36,379 nt of DNA from Phoronis australis. Its lineage: Eukaryota > Animalia > Phoronida. Every line of letters begins with the position of its first letter. Position 1 is the first letter of the stretch. The notes under the pieces are model-generated. The model was not told the DNA's origin. It saw only the letters and a program-made list of their open reading frames with translations, and ran no database searches. The stretch lies in NCBI GenBank assembly GCA_002633005.1, contig NMRA01000122.1, positions 137,992 through 174,370 on the forward strand. The letters are read 5' to 3'. Positions 35,254 to 36,379 of the stretch are shown here, piece by piece. The translations under genes were made by a program, and so were the position numbers.

Positions 35254-36379
35254 CTGAAATAAGAACAAGTAACGAATGCATGGACACTAGGTACATTGCA
35301 TGATTCTTGTACACATGGGATAAAAATTTCCAGTCCATCTTCGAAAACAGTGATTAGAGCTAAGGCCCCTGTCTTTTGCCTAAGTTGGCTAGCAAGCTTT
35401 CATTCCTCAGTGTCACTAATGTTGATATTACAATCGCCATTTCCATAGCATCCGCTCATTCAAATGAAGTGCTAAAGAATTAGTTTTCGGCAACAGCGAT
35501 AGAAGGGCGCAAAAAACAGTGCGATGGTGTCATACTTACGTTATTTACTAATCCAAACGTTTCGTTTTTGCTTGAAACATAGCCGACCAACAAAGCATTG
35601 AATAAAACGAAGTAGCATATGATAGAACAAGAGGAACAGAGACAACTGATAATTTGGCACTATAACACCCTTGCAGTCCACTAGGTTCTTTTTCAACAAA
35701 AAGATATACATATAACGAACTAGTCGGGACTCAGCTGTCACAACGTCTCAAACTGTCACAACATCAAAATTTTGACGATTTGGGTCAAAGCTGGAGGCCC
35801 AAATAGTCACAATTTCTCCCAATAACTTGTGCATGTGACAACTCTATTAGAGGCTTAATATGTTACAACGGTAAAAATTGTCGAAACTTAATTTGTGTCT
35901 GTGGAATGTTCTACCTCTAAGGATTAGATGTTTCACCAAAAAGAGCATGCTTTAATACTGCAGCATAAAAACAGAAATATCCATGCAGCGGTAGTGGCAA
36001 GGAGTGAACATAGAATTGTACTACACTCCTTGGTAGTGGTTCACATGTGGACGCGAACGGTTGCCAAATGGGGCTATTCGGAAAATCTACACTAACTAGA
36101 GGGCGTGCGTGTACTAGTGGTGATAGATTAACAGCCTCGATTTCGCGAGCCCTTTAAATACATGGTGAAATGGCTTGCAGCCGTGCCAACTGAATTTGAG
36201 ATTGCGTAAAAAGAGTGCTTCTATGAGAGGAAGTAAGCACGACCTCGTGCAAAGGTAAGGTTTGTGATTATTTTAACGATTATTCCATGATTATTCTACC
36301 GATGCCTGTTAACTGAGGCACTCGCCGATGTCGACTTCGCGGCAGTCAGTCGCCAGCCAGAGTCTGGTTAATCTTTGTA

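Noticed and set aside
35256-36379. Search for the first SLC22 coding exon (ATG, TM1, ...HR)
   Set aside because: No hydrophobic frame ending in a phase-2 donor was found; the exon probably lies beyond the window.

Overview
This is AT-rich, intron-rich eukaryotic DNA from an invertebrate animal, possibly a lophotrochozoan (inferred from the SLC22 loop sequence). It holds two convergent spliced genes. On + is a complete ERMP1 (ER metallopeptidase 1, M28 family) with 13 coding exons (5945-23317, about 892 aa), all metal ligands intact and a probable GC-AG intron. On - is an SLC22/Orct-like organic cation transporter with 10 exons (35253-23865); its first coding exon appears to lie beyond the window. 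The SLC22 gene has an apparent 1-bp frameshift in its loop exon and a triplicated exon-end/splice donor. The introns carry several DNA-transposon derivatives: (1) an IS3EU-type foldback MITE with an internal palindromic array; (2) a hAT MITE that duplicated a splice donor; (3) a decayed Kolobok element (THAP plus KolX/P2X7-ballast-like genes) nested in a second TTAA-flanked TIR element. There are also tRNA-Cys-like SINE heads and mini/microsatellites. I found no prokaryotic system or CRISPR array. All coordinates were read by hand and no database search was run.
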